Assembly (NCBI GenBank): GCA_024679065.1
Contig: JAGIQG010000005.1
Span: 63,116,001 to 63,180,000, forward strand
Length of the DNA: 64,000 bases
DNA from: Sphyrna mokarran
Taxonomy: Eukaryota
Reading direction: 5' to 3'
Shown: positions 41,750 to 53,852 of the stretch, in pieces
How the letters are laid out: each line of letters begins with the position of its first letter
Numbering within the stretch: the stretch's first letter is position 1
The notes under the pieces: generated by a model
What the model was told of the DNA's origin: nothing
Databases searched by the model: none
The model's input: the letters and a program-made list of their open reading frames with translations, nothing else
Translations under genes and position numbers: made by a program

Positions 41750-42875
41750 TTACCTTCTCTACCAAACACCTAGCCAGCTTGTGAACCAACCACCTGGAGT
41801 AAATAGTTTGGGTTGCTTAAATTTCTCCATATCTTTTTTTAATGGGAGTAACCAGATTAGTAATGTTTTATGAACTATCTGGTGTGTGTGTGCAGCACTC
41901 TGATTCAATCACTGTCCATCCCTTTTCTGCCAAGACATAATCCAACACCAATCAATGTTAAAGCATCACTATACACATGGCAATCATCTAGTCATTTACC
42001 TTAGTAAGAGCAGTGGCTATATAATTAGCAACTTGTTCCAAAATAGGGTGTATAAGTATTGTTTCTTAAATCAACTTGGCTATCCCATATCATGAAAACA
42101 TTGTGAGAAGAACTGTTCTGACTCTGAAATTGCTTGTCAATATCTTGGTAAGGGAGGGATATAAAGAATGATAGTTGAATGGGATTATATATCCAAGGTA
42201 ACATGGTCCCTTCCATTCAACAGGGAGCCAAGGATATGCTGTACCCCTGCAAATCCAATATGTACTATTGTGAGTTGGATAAGTGTTGCCTTCGCCAAAG
42301 TAATGAGACATGTTACAAGACTGGTCATTACTGGGGTGGGAGGGTGAGGGGCTCGGGTATATCAGGTTGGTTTGGTTTGCTGTGTATTTACATTCACTTT
42401 CACTTAAGTTTTTGCCAGAGCCTTCCATGTTCCTTACACAATATGTTCTTTCTGACTGTGGATTTGGCTGTTAAAATTAAACTAGGAGCTCATTTTCTTA
42501 GGTTACAGATAGGTAAGCACTGCTTCATATGGCCTACCCTTTCTAGATTACTGTTTTGAAACTTCTCCCTCATCTCTTTACTATTCAATCTGGTAAATGG
42601 TGTCATTGTGTCCATGATATTTGAAACCCTGACCTGTTTGATCTGCCACTATCAATTCTGACCATTTCAGAGGTGATGGTTATAAAGGTATTTTCCCAGC
42701 ATGGATGGAGATATATGGGCAAACCCAACACTTAAACATTCTAGCATTTGTGTATATCGTACATAAGTATTCATGCACATCTTCCAAGGGTTAAGGATCT
42801 TAAATGCTGGTCCTACTTGAATCAAAGTCTGTGCATTCAATGCTAAAAAAACACAAAAGCATAGGTATTTCTCAT
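41750..42875 (-). pseudogene. env: ERV env (gamma-type SU/TM), disrupted
   Basis: CWVC (CXXC) at 42719-42730; STYWICRGTAYPWLPVEWKGPCYLGYIIP (ORF 42090-42428); ISD remnant L*H*LVLDYVLAEKG and ESECCTH at ~41885-41963; WFTSWLG. No membrane anchor seen. Confidence 0.88.
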
Positions 42876-42957
42876 AACAGCTTTTACAGTTTTCCCCTTT
42901 TTCACAAAATAAAACCCTAACTGTTGGTTAATATCAAGTAAGTTTTAAAAAAATCAA

Positions 42958-43040
42958 TGGCAGGAGTGGGATTTGTACTCATGCCTCCAGAGGAGACTGT
43001 GGCCTTAATGTAGCACCTTAAACCACCCAGCTATCCTGAC
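42958..43040 (-). tRNA. tRNA-Leu(AAG)-like gene, decayed, inside the ERV pol-env spacer
   Basis: 83 nt gtcaggatagctgggtggtttaaggtgctacattAAGgccacagtctcctctggaggcatgagtacaaatcccactcctgcca, colinear with the vertebrate tRNA-Leu(CAG) body including the long variable arm; followed by ttgattttttt. Confidence 0.8.
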
Positions 43041-43059
43041 TGCCAAACAAGGCAAGGCA

Positions 43060-43142
43060 GTCAGGATGGCCCAGCTGTTTAAGGGGCTGTGTTAAGACTG
43101 CAGTGTCCTCTGGAAGCTTGGGTTCAAATCCTATTCCTGGCA
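43060..43142 (+). tRNA. tRNA-Leu(AAG)-like gene, decayed, inside the ERV pol-env spacer
   Basis: 83 nt gtcaggatggcccagctgtttaaggggctgtgttAAGactgcagtgtcctctggaagcttgggttcaaatcctattcctggca; intact B box GGTTCAAATCC; followed by ttg-a-T9 terminator. Confidence 0.82.
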
Positions 43143-43449
43143 TTGATTTTTTTTTAAGTAAGTAAAACTTATTTATAGATTTGCACATCAATCACGTTAC
43201 ACTCTGTTGTTACAATCTCTGCTACACTCTCTGTCTCACACTCTTGACTTGATATCAGCAATGGGAGTTGTCTGTGATGTCTTGTCTGATGTGGGAGCCT
43301 GGGACTTTTCACTGGCAAGTAATATTCTGTAACTATAAACAAAAAATGACTTGTGGTCTTGAAGTTAGCATTTTACAATTTGAATCATTTCAATCTCCTC
43401 TCTTCTAATACCTTCTCGACTGTTCTTATGTCATGATGTGGCCTAATCT

Positions 43450-46400
43450 GTGAGCTTGTCTGCATATCCAAATTGTCCCTATTATCACAAAGGCAATTAG
43501 AAAAGCCAGAATAACCCCATCTTCAGTAGATTATTCATCCACTGGGGCAATTTTATTGTTACTGGATTACTCAATAGGATATGGGGAGGTTTCAGTGAGT
43601 TCAGTATCACCATTTCATCAATCAGGGTACGTGTTTGTCCTGTGACAGTCATGTTATAGGGCCCCTCCGCCAAACCCCAATCTTTGTCTGTCATGAGTTT
43701 CATCATTACCTTATTTCCTGGTGTAGGTAATTTAGGACTATTCTCCCCTGCCAGTTTCATCCAGTCTTTGTGCTGCTGCTGAGTGATTACCTGCTTTTTG
43801 AAAGAATATAAATTATCTACTGAATCCTCAGACATTGAAATACTGCTCTCGGCTAATTTCAAGTTTTCTTCCTCCTTTAATTGTCTCCTCTGGAAGGTGC
43901 ATTGTTCTTCCTGTTACCAATTCAAAAGAGGTTAGTCCTATTCCTCAAGCAGGAGTAGCTCTTTTTCACAGTAATATTGCAGACAAAGCCTATATCCAAT
44001 TGTTTCCCTTATCTAAAATAGCCTGAGTTAAATTATTCTTCCGTTTTTGGTTCATTCGTTCCATCATTCCTGAGCTCCAAGATAATATGGTATATGAAAT
44101 CTTTGTTTTATTCCTAATATTTGACAAACTTCTATAAAGATTCTTCCTGTGAAGTAGGTTCTCTGATTTGAGTCCAATTGAAGCAGTTCCCCATCTAGAT
44201 ATTATCTCATTTGCCAATATCAAAGCTACAGTTTTGGCTGTGGCATCTTTACATAATAATGCTTCAACCCATCCAGTAAACTGATCTATAATTACCAAAC
44301 AATATGTCTTTCCTTACTACCCAAGGTAATTTACAAAAATCCATTTGTAAATTTTCCCAAGCTCCTTTAGGTCGTAACTGATTTCTCATTTTAATCTTGC
44401 AGGGACAACCTGGTTCCATTAGAGTGCACTACTGGCACATTTGACAAAACCTTGCCACATCTCTCCCCATTTCCTTCCACTACCAACATTCCCTTAACAG
44501 ATTCAACATTTTTTCTCTGCATATATGTGCTAATCCATGGTACACTTTCAGCAGTGATTGTTGTATTACTCTTTTTCCTTCCCTTCTTCATACACCATAT
44601 TGACCTTTCTGCCCTTTGCATTTCTCCCACTTCTGCTTCTTCTCTCCTGATGCTTGTTCCTGTAACTACTTTACATCAATGTTTCTATTCTCACTAGTTT
44701 GTACTATTGCTAATCCTGTGGTTTGTTTCCATTCCCATTTTTGTTCTTTCACGACTTTATCAACATAGCTTTTCCCTTTCTGTGCTTGACTTTCAATTTT
44801 ATTATGAGCTTGTACTTTTATTACAGCTGCTTCTAAGGGACTGCAGGTTGCTTGGATTAAATCTTTAATCAAACTTTCATGCTGTACATATCCCCCACAA
44901 GAAATTAAAAAACTTTGTCTGTTCCAAGCTGTCATGTAGTCATGCATTACCCCAAAGGTGTACCTGCTGTCAGTATAGGCATTAACTCGCTTCCCTTTGT
45001 TCCATTCTAAAGCTTTAGTTAAAGCTAATAATTCCACTACCTGTGCTGAATTATTTCTGGGGACATGTTCCTGCAATCACTGTTCTCTCATCATTTACCA
45101 CTGCCCATGTAGTGCAGAGTTCTCCATCAACATATTTTCTTGGTTCTTCTGCTAAATCCTCACTTGCTTCTTCACTCACTTCTGCAACACATTCATGTTC
45201 TGTTCCCCATATTCAGTCCCCCCGTTGGATTTTCCTTGACACCTGTGTTGATTTCTACTTACCTGTCCTCTAGCAAGAGAGTTGCTTCCCGTTTTGAACA
45301 TCTCCCATTGGAAACTCCTTTCAGTCTCCCAGCTTCCAGAAGCTGGACAGTTGTGAGGGAGCTATGGAGGATTATGTTTCCCATCAGGGCAAGTGACTTC
45401 GACACACTTGCCTCCCCACAAGACACATGCTAACACTCTCACGTATCGATGCATACTTTTGGCAGCTGAATCTAATTGGGCAGAGTAATACCTCACTGGT
45501 CTTAAGCTATCCCCATGCTGCTGAGTAAATACAGGGGCTCGGATCCTGTCATCTTCCTGATAGAAAATGCGAAAAGATTTTAGGTCTGGCAATCCCAAGG
45601 CTGAGGCTTTTACCATTGCGTGTTTTAAATCTGAGAAAGCTTGTGCTTTCATCTCTCCCTATTCTACCTTTCCTTTGCTAGCCCTTTATCAAGTCTTGTA
45701 AGGGCTTTGCCAATGCTGCATAACCCTTTACAAAATTTCTACAATAATTGAAAAGTCCCAGTACTTGCTTCATTCATTTTATAGTTTGTGTTCTCTGCAT
45801 ATAAAAACTTGGCTTTCTTTTGATCTGTGGGAATGTCTTTCTTATACTGAGATATGATATGTTCCGAGTAAATTACTTCTTCCTTCTCTAATTGAGCCTT
45901 TTTTGTGTTCAACTTGAGCCCAGCTCTCTGAGTTGCCTGGATGACCCTGCAGTGGGCTAGGCAATACAATACTGAACTGTTGGAGGCTCTCAAAATATCA
46001 TTCACATACTTTCGGATGGCTGTGTGCCTGCGCATTCTAATAGATCAATTATTTGAGCTATATATTTGTGAAATATGGCTGGACTATTGTGAATTCCTGT
46101 GGCGGTTTGGTCCAAGTAAACTGCTGGTTCCTGACTGTGAACACAAATTTATACTGATGTTTCTTCACTGCAGGAATCAACCAAAATCCAGTAACTATGT
46201 CTAGCACTCTGAGTATTATCTGTTCTGACCCAACGTTATTCAGTATACTAGCTGGGTTGGCCATTATGGGATGCTCTTGAGTCATGTAGCAGTTTAAGGT
46301 TGTATAATTGGTCAATCAGTAATGGCCATTTGGTTTCTTAACTGGTCAAATTGGTGACTTAGTTTCAGAGGAAGTTTCAGTCACTATTTGTTGCTTTTCT

Positions 46401-47175
46401 AAGCCTGCAATAATGATTTTAACTGCTTCCATTGCTTCTGGCTTAATAGAATAATGTTTAACAGGGGGATGAGCTCTCCCAGGAATCAAAGAACAAAGAA
46501 AATTACAGCACAGGAACAGATCCTTTGGCCCTCCAAGCCTGCTCTAATCATGCTGCCTGACTGAACTAAAACTCCCTTCCCTTCTGGGGACCATGTCCCT
46601 CTATTCCCATTCTATTCATGTATTTGTGAAAACGCCCCTTAAAAACCGCCGAATCATTACTGGAAGAATGGCCAAATACCTACAATCTTGCTTATACGTA
46701 GCCCAAACCTGGGAGTACTGTAAAGCCAAATTTCCGCACACTCTTCCGTCCTGCCAATTAGTTTGGAGGATTGCCATCTGAGAAATTGTACTTTTTCCCT
46801 TTTGACCCCACCGATTTCACTTGTCAGATCTATGCCACACTATAGTACCTACTTTGGCATCAATTACAATTCCCAATTGTCCTAGCACATCTATTCCCAA
46901 AATACACCCTTATCCTGTTAAATATATCCAAATCTGAACCAATTCCCCCCAACCCCCAATCTCTAATGTACTATGCTCACCTTAATATTGTCATCTTTGT
47001 TCCCCCACTTATTCCTACTAACTGTATAGATTGGTGGGTCGTCCGCAAGGGTAAATGCATTATGGTTATGGTTGTCCCAGTATCTGCTAACATAGTAAAA
47101 TGACAACATCCTAGTTTTGTATTTGCATTTATGTTGGACCTCTCTCTGTAATCTCGAGACTTGTTAATTGTCATT
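43450..47175 (-). pseudogene. pol: ERV pro-pol (protease, RT, RNase H, integrase), disrupted
   Basis: PR MLADTGTTIT; RT LDIVTGFWLIP...YKFVFTVRNQQFTWTKPPQEF and YVND (YVDD); tether KASALGLPD...RPVRYYSAQLD; RNH SAQVVELLALTKAL...NAYTDSRYTFG; IN IIDQFTGWVEA...EIISRWG and GPY. Confidence 0.93.
46489..46650 (-). mobile_element. Short CR1 3'-UTR insertion in ERV pol
   Basis: (ttctttg)n tail and CR1 stem-loop; gaatca TSD at 46483-46488 and 46651-46656. Confidence 0.75.
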
Positions 47176-47179
47176 TCTG

Positions 47180-48636
47180 TCTGAGTAACATCTGTAACTC
47201 ATCTGCAGTCATATGGATTACTGTCTGTGATATTTGCTGTGCTGGTGTGGGTTCTTAGGGTGGAGCCTCAGAGAGCTGCTTCACCAACCTGGGACTATGT
47301 TCTTCCTTCCCTTTCCCTTTCAACCAACAGTCCTTCATGTCATGACCATTCTTCTGACAATTCTGACAATGATTACTCTCCACGCATTTATTTCAACCTT
47401 CTCTCGCAAAATATCCCTTCTTCCCATAGGAAAAGCATACTCTCTTACCTTTAAGCCGTGGCTGTGGGTTATCGATTATTTTTGGATTTTTCCTTATGAT
47501 TAGCTTCTGCTTTCATGGTCCAATTTATAATTTCCTCATATTTATTTCCTACCAGGACACTCGTTTCTATGATTCTAGTCAGGATAGAATTGAATCCTCC
47601 TTTAAGTAGACCTAAAAACCTGTCATTATCTCTGTCAGGGTCGGCTACTCTTCCATCTACTCACCCTAAACTTTCTTTCCCCATATTCTTATGCCGATTC
47701 TTTGGGTTCTTGTTTAACTAAGGTTATCTATGTCCAATTGACACTTCCCCTATCGATTGCCCATCCAATACCTCTTTTAAATTTGTCAGACTTTTGTTGA
47801 TCATTTTGGTCTTCTGCCTATATCCAGCTTCCCCTTTTGTAACTCAGAGTAGAAAATGCTACCCAGCATAAGCTAACATTCCCTTCACTAATAACATCAC
47901 ACATCTGAAGTTAAATTATGAACTTCCTTTAACTCGTTCATGTTTTCCCAAAAGGCTGAATTCTGATGATTTTGATATAACAGTTGTAATTTATTCATAA
48001 ACATCTGCTTTTCTGCCATCATTAGTGGTAATTGTGTAATGACGGTGGGTTCCCTGTATCCATCTTCACAAACTTTTCCTACAGTTTGAATGAGGACCAT
48101 GTTAGCAGACAGGGTTCCTCATGAGGGGAATTGGGATTAATAACACTCTGTACTATTTCTAAATCCAACCCCCTCGTTTATGCCTTCTCCCATGGGGTAA
48201 CTATTGTGGTACCTGATTGCTCCGTCATCATCCTTCCCACAGGGGTATTCATTGCTACTTCCTGTGCTGCCTTTCCAACGGCCATTTGCTTGTATTTTGC
48301 CAGCCTCTGGAGGTGGTTTTTCATCATAGTGGCTAGTGTCTCAGCTGCCATCTCTGCCTTATTTTGAGACTGGCCTTTCCACCATGCTTTTTGCTCCGGC
48401 ACTGGAGTCTCCGGATTATATCTTTTCTTCCATCGTTTTCTTTTGTATTTTTCCATACTCTGTCACTGCCTTGTGTATCAAACTGTTATCAGATCCCCAT
48501 CTTGGATTTTCCAAATCTGGATCGCTCATTGCCATCATGCAGTCCTTCGCCTTACTAGCATTTCCAGTTTCACTCACAAATCTCTCACTGGAGACCTCTC
48601 ATCCTTTTGTTTGAATTCCTCGCTGGAAATTCCAAG
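47180..48636 (-). pseudogene. gag: ERV gag, disrupted, with two CCHC zinc knuckles
   Basis: Intact CQNCQKNGHDMKDC (47327-47368) preceded in frame by degenerate CFSYGKKGYFAREG; lies upstream of the protease. Confidence 0.8.
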
Positions 48637-48799
48637 ATGCATTGGGAGGGAGAAACTGGAACCTCCGGCTGTATCTCTCCCAGTGTTGGTCAAATAAAGA
48701 ACATTTTTAATTTCATACTGTCTTTCTGTCTTTCTCGAGTTTTCATATTAGTTGAATACATGGAACCAGAGAGAAGTCCCTAGAAAACACTCTTACAAA

Positions 48800-49065
48800 G
48801 TGGCACTGTGGTTAGCTCTGCTGTCTCACAGTGCAAGGGACACAAATTCAATTCAATGTGTGGAGATTGCACGTTCTTCTCGTGTCTGCAGACGTTTCCT
48901 CCAATGTTCCAAAGATGTGCAGGTTAAATTGGTCATGCTAAGTTGCCCCTAGCAGGGACTAGCAGGGTAAATATGTGGGGTTAAGGAGATGGAGCCTGGG
49001 TGGGATTGTCGCTGGCCCTTTGGGCCAAATCACCTCTTTCTGCACTGTAAGGACTCTATGATTCT
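48800..49065 (+). mobile_element. HE1 SINE abutting the ERV terminus
   Basis: gtggcactgtggttagc head; ctgcactgtaaggactctatgattct tail; tacaa(a)g on both sides. Confidence 0.85.
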
Positions 49066-49344
49066 ACAAGTATATAACACCTGTCAACAAAGATCACCTA
49101 ATGTTACCTCAGTAACGTCACTGGCTTTCATCACCACCTAAGCAGAGCTCATTTTCCACTGAAATCATTTTGACCTTCCAGACTTACTTAATCCAAAAAT
49201 CTGCTGACTGTCCACCTTTTTTCATCCTGAAAAAACTTGAGCAAAGCTCTGTTGCCAGTACCCATTTCAAGTCCAACCTGTCCATCACCCTACCTTTCTG
49301 AACTTGCCTCTCAGCACTCTTAATGTCTTGCATTTCATTCTCAC

Positions 49345-50140
49345 TGTAAACAAACAGGAAATGCTGGAAATATTCAATAGGTCTGCTAGTATTTGTGGAG
49401 AGAGAAAACAGAGCTTACATTTCAGGTAGTGAGTACTCATCTGAATTAAACATGTTACAGATATAATACATTTTAAGTAAGTACAGAAGCAGAAAAAAAG
49501 GGAGAGGCCAAGAAAGAACATAAAGAAAAAATTTTTATCAGATGGAAAGCAGAAATGATTTAACTGACAAAAAGGTTAATAATGCCAGGCAAAAAGTGGT
49601 GATCATGGGACAAGTAAAAAAACAAAAGATGTGTGCAGCAAAGTGTGAATGGCAACAGTCAGATCAAAATCTAAATCTGCACTGCTAAAAGGAAGTGGGA
49701 TCAGTGGACATGATATGAAATTATTGAATTCGGTGTTGAGTCTGGAAATTTTAAAGGGCTTAATTGAAAAATAATGTGCGACAGAATCTTCCAACCATTC
49801 AGGCCCTGTTGCCACTGCAAGCAAAGAAAGAGAATTTGGAACTCAGCCAAATCTCTTTTCACCACAATGGCACCAGAAAATCCTGCTGGCATGAATGGTC
49901 AGAAAATTCTGACCATGCTACTTCCTGAGCTTCATTGGAAATGTAGGAGGTAAGAATGGAGTGGGACAGTGAATTAAAATTTCAGCAAATAGAAACTCTG
50001 GTAGGGTCCATTAATGATCTAAATAGAAATGTTCAGCAACTATCATCTAATCTATTTTATTCTCTCCAATATAGAGGAGGCCACTTTGTTAGAAGTAAAT
50101 ACAGTCGAATAAATAAATAGACATCCATATTATTTCTCCA
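49345..50140 (-). mobile_element. Penelope-like remnant (with a small TIR element inside at ~49782-49915)
   Basis: Minus strand GLLYIGE motif near 50060-50082; 3' region matches the element at 7655-8170. Confidence 0.65.
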
Positions 50141-50399
50141 TTATTCCTGAAGAAACAGAGGAACATCAAGCTTTTCCTGAGTCATTTGTGGAGCCATTAA
50201 TGTATCAATTTCATGGAAAAAGTAATTGCATTGTGAGAAATGAATCCAAAGCATTGATAGAGAGAAAGGGAATGATTGAAGTGTTAGGGGGGTGGAGGTG
50301 TTGGAGGAAGGTAGTGATCAGGGACAGTGATATGTTGTCTATCATAATTTTGATGGAAAGGTGTTTGGTATCTGGGGAAATCAGAATAAAATATTATTC

Positions 50400-50780
50400 T
50401 TTGGCAGTCCATCAAGGTGGAGGGTGCCTTGCATTTACTCTGGGGAGGTGGGTTCTGTAGTGGCTGACTAGTCCAATCCCAGAGCCGCTGACTCTGCTAC
50501 AGGTTTGGCAGGTAGTGTTTACTGAGGTGGGTGGGTGGGACATTCTGAGCTCTGAGCTTTGTGCTCTCTTTCCACTGTTCGGCCTTCGCGAACTCCACCT
50601 GATGATGCTCGAGATGATTGGCAGTTTTATGGATGCTTCTTCTCCAGTTTTGCATTCTTAAGGCAAGCATACTCCTATGTGTCCATGAGGATGGTGCATT
50701 TAGTGAGAGAAGTTTTTAGACTGCCCTTGTAGCATTTCCTCTGACCTCCCAGTGATCTTTTGTCCCTGCAGGGCTCGGAG
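50400..50780 (-). mobile_element. RTE LINE 3' fragment
   Basis: Minus strand GGQRKCYKGSLK...CQTCSRVSGSGIGLVSH, RTE C-terminal zinc-finger region. Confidence 0.65.
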
Positions 50781-53700
50781 CATTTGTTTCCAAGAATAAA
50801 TCATAGAGCACAGACGGAGGTTATTTGCCTCTTTGAAAAAGACATCCAATTAATTTCACTTCCTCACTCTTCCCCTTTAGCCCTGTACACTTTTCCTCAT
50901 CCAGTCCACGTTTTTACTGTCAGCATTATTTTTCTTGGATTTCGATTATACTTCTATCAAAGTTAGAGCAAATGAGGGGTTCTCCATGGAGACCTCTATG
51001 AAAACTCCCTGCCTAAAATCCAATGTCATGAATATGAATTGATCTAGTTAAGGCACCTTGAAGAAGCAATTTTGGATACTAACCTTCACTCATGGCAGAA
51101 CTTACAGTAATACATTATTTTATAAGTTGTGTATCTGTTATAAGGAGTTTGTCAGCTTTTCTGACCTTTTGCTATTGTTAAAAACAAAATGTCAAAGCGA
51201 CTATCTGTTTCAGGGAGCTTGGATGAGTATGGTAAAGGAGTGATGGCACTCTTTGATCAGTTGTATTTGTACTAAGCCAGTTCATTTGCTTAATCCTGCA
51301 ATGTTTTGTTGCATTATTAAAGCTCGGCTGCTTGTATTCCCTGCTTAAACCAAGGCTATTGGAAGCAGATGCAAAAGAGCTTGGCTGTTAATAGACACAA
51401 TGCTGAATGCCTCCCTGGTTGTGAAATTCTTCCCACTGGCTGTATATTTATATAGTTACTCTATTGTTGACACAGTTATTTCTCATAAAAACCTCCACAT
51501 CCCAACTACAAGCCAACAAATGCTTCACTTAAACAAACATGTCTGATCTTATTCTCATCTTTTGACTTGTCATTGTAGGGTTGTGAGTAGCTTTACATAA
51601 CCTTGCCCTAGTATCTTCATCTTCTCCTTTGTGTCAATAGGTGTAGAGCTAACTTAACTCAATAACAAATAGCAAGCAGCATGGAATTTTACATGGAAGT
51701 GCCATATTAAAAGGGTTTGTAATATATATGGATCAAAGGAAACCTTATTATGCACATCCTAGGTTGTCTTACCTCCTTGTGATAGTATTGCTTGTGCAAA
51801 AGAAAATCATGTTTACTTGTCCTCAAATCTAGTAAATGCTATTATTAGTTATTATTTAAAAACGTGGGCCTAATTTAATTGTTTTAAATATATATTTGAT
51901 TGTAAGAGAAAACATTTCGTTGTTTTAAAGCACAACATGGTTATTATGTTACAGATGAGTACAACAGATTTTGCAGTAAAGTTAAAATAAAAATGTATTT
52001 GAGTCTGGCTATGAAAGAATTTTAAAGCAAAACAAACAATCACTTTATCAGGAGGAAAACAGAAAGACATTGGAACATGGCTCTGCAGCTTAATCATGTA
52101 CTATGTTTGCATACAAATTTATGATTTCAAAAATGTCATTTGTTTGGACGAATTGATAGCAGTCCTGGAATTCAGTGCTTCTAATTACTGGTGATTATGT
52201 AATTTATAAGTAAAGAAAGTGTCTTGAACTAGACTGAGAATCAAGAATGATTGTGAAAAGAGAAAATAACAACTGGCAGGAAAAGAGATGCTTCTATGAT
52301 GATAGCATGGTTTGCAATGTCAGTTAAAAGAGGGACATAATTATATTTCTAATAAAATTGAGGGAAATAAGGGGATGGATAGAAGGTTGGGAGGTGGATT
52401 TGAGACCAGGGAATGACCAGGCATGATCTGACCGAATGGGGCAGCAAGTTCAAAGGGTTGAATTTGCCCACTTCTGTTCCTAATTCCTATGTTACTAAGT
52501 CAGCAGTGGGACACGTAGGGCAGAATTTTACAGCCTCGCTTGTCCTGAAACCATAAAACACCCCCTGAAGTCGATGGATCTTTTCATGGTCCACCCCTCA
52601 CTGCTCCAATTCCCATGGCAGGTGGGTCGGTAAAATTCCAGCTGTGAGGTTTTGATGTACATCAATCTTTGCATCTAACATATTTGTGACAAAAATCATA
52701 AAGAGACAATTATCTTCATCTGTTAAGTTGTGACACATGAGAAAACATGCAGAAGTTTGAAGGTGACTGAAACATTGATGGTGAATCACAGGAGATCCTC
52801 CACTCATGCACCAAATTTTCCTGAGTGTTTTGCAGGTTCAGTGCTAATATTTTGGGTGTTTCACATTCACCAAAAGACTCCCTCACTACATCATTGTGTA
52901 CTCATTTTTTTTCTATTTTACAGTATAATGGAAAAGTGATGGATTTTGCAAAATTATCTTTTACTTACAGCTATTAGATCCCAGGAGGTAGTGTCTTGGG
53001 TAGTACCTGATCAACTGTTATGCACAATGCCTGGTATTTAAATCCATCAGCTGTAATGGAACTGAATATCAGGCACTGTGCATAACGGGCAACGAATCTG
53101 ACACCACTCATCTTGCATTAGCACCTGAGATGAATTTCTACCCACATAATTATTACAGCAGACTTAAGCTTTATGCATTAAACAATATTCCATATGGCTA
53201 TTCGATAGATTAGCCAAAAGTCTTAATAATTCTTAGTCCACTACATATGGTAGCCCAGAAACTGGCAGAATTTGCTGTCCACTGAAGCTGACAGCACCTG
53301 GGAGCGCAGCAAAAATAATGAGGAAATGCAGAAATTGCAGTTGATGATATAATTCTCCAGATGGTGTGCTGTTGAGGACACCCAGCTGGCAATATATGGG
53401 TATTCTATGAATTGATGAAAACTTCCATTTGAACACTGTTGGTCTTGCTGTAAAAGTCCTTAGAAAAAGTTGCATGGTGACATGTTATTTCATTTTATTA
53501 GAAATATGACTATGTTCCTTTTTTAACTAATATTGCAAGCCATGCTACTATCATATGAGCATTTCTCTCTTCCTGCCAGCTGTTATTTTGCCTCTTCATG
53601 ATTACTCTTGCTTCTCCATCTAGTTTAAGACATTTTCTTTACTGGGTTAACTGGGTTTTTAATTGCATATTAATTTCATAATTACTGCTGAACACTGTTT

Positions 53701-53852
53701 CACTTGGCCTGAAAGGCTGGTTGTGAAATGTTAAATTTCTCTATTATGATTTCTAAAAATACACATTTTTATTAATTTTAGCCTCTATTTTAATCCAATT
53801 CTAATCACATATTTCCCGATCCAGAATGTTTAATTAGCAATGAAGGAATATA

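Larger units (their letters stand above)
41468..48797 (-). mobile_element. Decayed endogenous retrovirus (gag-pro-pol-env) bounded by ~165-bp inverted R-U5-like repeats
   Basis: Ordered gag, protease, RT, RNase H, IN and env motifs on the - strand. Termini 41468-41634 and 48638-48797 align as reverse complements. Confidence 0.93.

Noticed and set aside
49244-49257. tggcaacagagc on the minus strand as the ERV primer-binding site
   Set aside because: It is outside the element boundary (48797), not adjacent to an LTR end and not complementary to a tRNA 3' end I recognise, including the internal tRNA-Leu.
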